DNA of 36,566 nucleotides from Nemertoderma westbladi. Taxonomy: Eukaryota; Animalia; Xenacoelomorpha. Below the pieces are notes generated by a model, which saw nothing but the letters and a program-made list of their open reading frames with translations, was not told the origin of the DNA and searched no databases. Both the position numbers and the translations under genes were made by a program. Positions 36,041 through 36,566 of this stretch are shown here, piece after piece. The DNA is taken from assembly GCA_032718475.1 (NCBI GenBank), contig JAUCBJ010004340.1, forward strand, positions 1 through 36,566. The letters run 5' to 3'. Position 1 is the first letter of the stretch, and each line of letters opens with the position of its first letter.

Positions 36041-36566
36041 TAATACAAACCAAATAATTGATTTTAAAAACGTAATCATTAAAAAAAATTCGTTAACGGC
36101 TTAAAATATATAAATTCACATTGTAAAATTAATTAGAATAATTAATTATATTAATTATATTAATTTAAAAATTACATTTAGATTTTCTAAAAATTACCAT
36201 TAATTTTTAAAATGTCTGACAGCTAATGTCAGAGTTAGCAGAAAACTGCAAACCCGGAACCAATATCGCGCAGTCAGAATATTTCCCCAAAAACTTAGCG
36301 TTATCTAATTATCCAAACCCAATATTTTAATCTCGAGTTGAGAATGGTTGTGAAATTATTGGTCGGTTACAGTTACCCATTACTTAGATATATTATTAGC
36401 CGTGTACAAAGGACACAGTCCATAACAGGCCGAGCCAAGACACACCAACACACGCAAACACAGAAACGAATAATGTACAGCTAGCAAATTTACAATGTGT
36501 TCTTTGGGTTAGCGGCTGGGCTGGACACTGTGCCCAGTTTTATTATGCAAACGGTATATATCTATC

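Noticed and set aside
36210-36275. Possible promoter (CCGGAA, CCAAT, CGCG) near the window end
   Set aside because: Short motifs only, with no linked exon or ORF that I can support.

Overview
Eukaryotic (animal-like) genomic DNA with GC/CpG-rich coding exons in AT-rich, repeat-filled spacers. It has two host genes, both on the minus strand: MON2 (two coding exons, 14647-13400 and 5802-2116, joined by one 7.6-kb phase-0 intron, ~1644 aa) and a single-exon multi-C2H2 zinc-finger gene (23845-20921). Directly downstream of the first AATAAA of the MON2 3' UTR, a stop-free reverse-transcriptase ORF (1845 to <1, minus strand, CRE/RLE-like non-LTR retrotransposon) begins. The ORF track misses it because it runs off the window. 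It carries an in-frame insertion of at least 140 aa, largely 21-aa S/P/T-rich repeats, between RT motif QGDPL and the expected YADD. The remainder is a tRNA-like element within an extended hairpin, several MITE/foldback elements, a CRE-like 3' tail, a decayed LINE, a solo LTR, a 1.6-kb 19-bp satellite and a 10.4-kb 27-bp satellite. All ORFs in the 27-bp satellite are artefacts. No prokaryotic features or CRISPR array. All family assignments come from motif recognition, not database searches.
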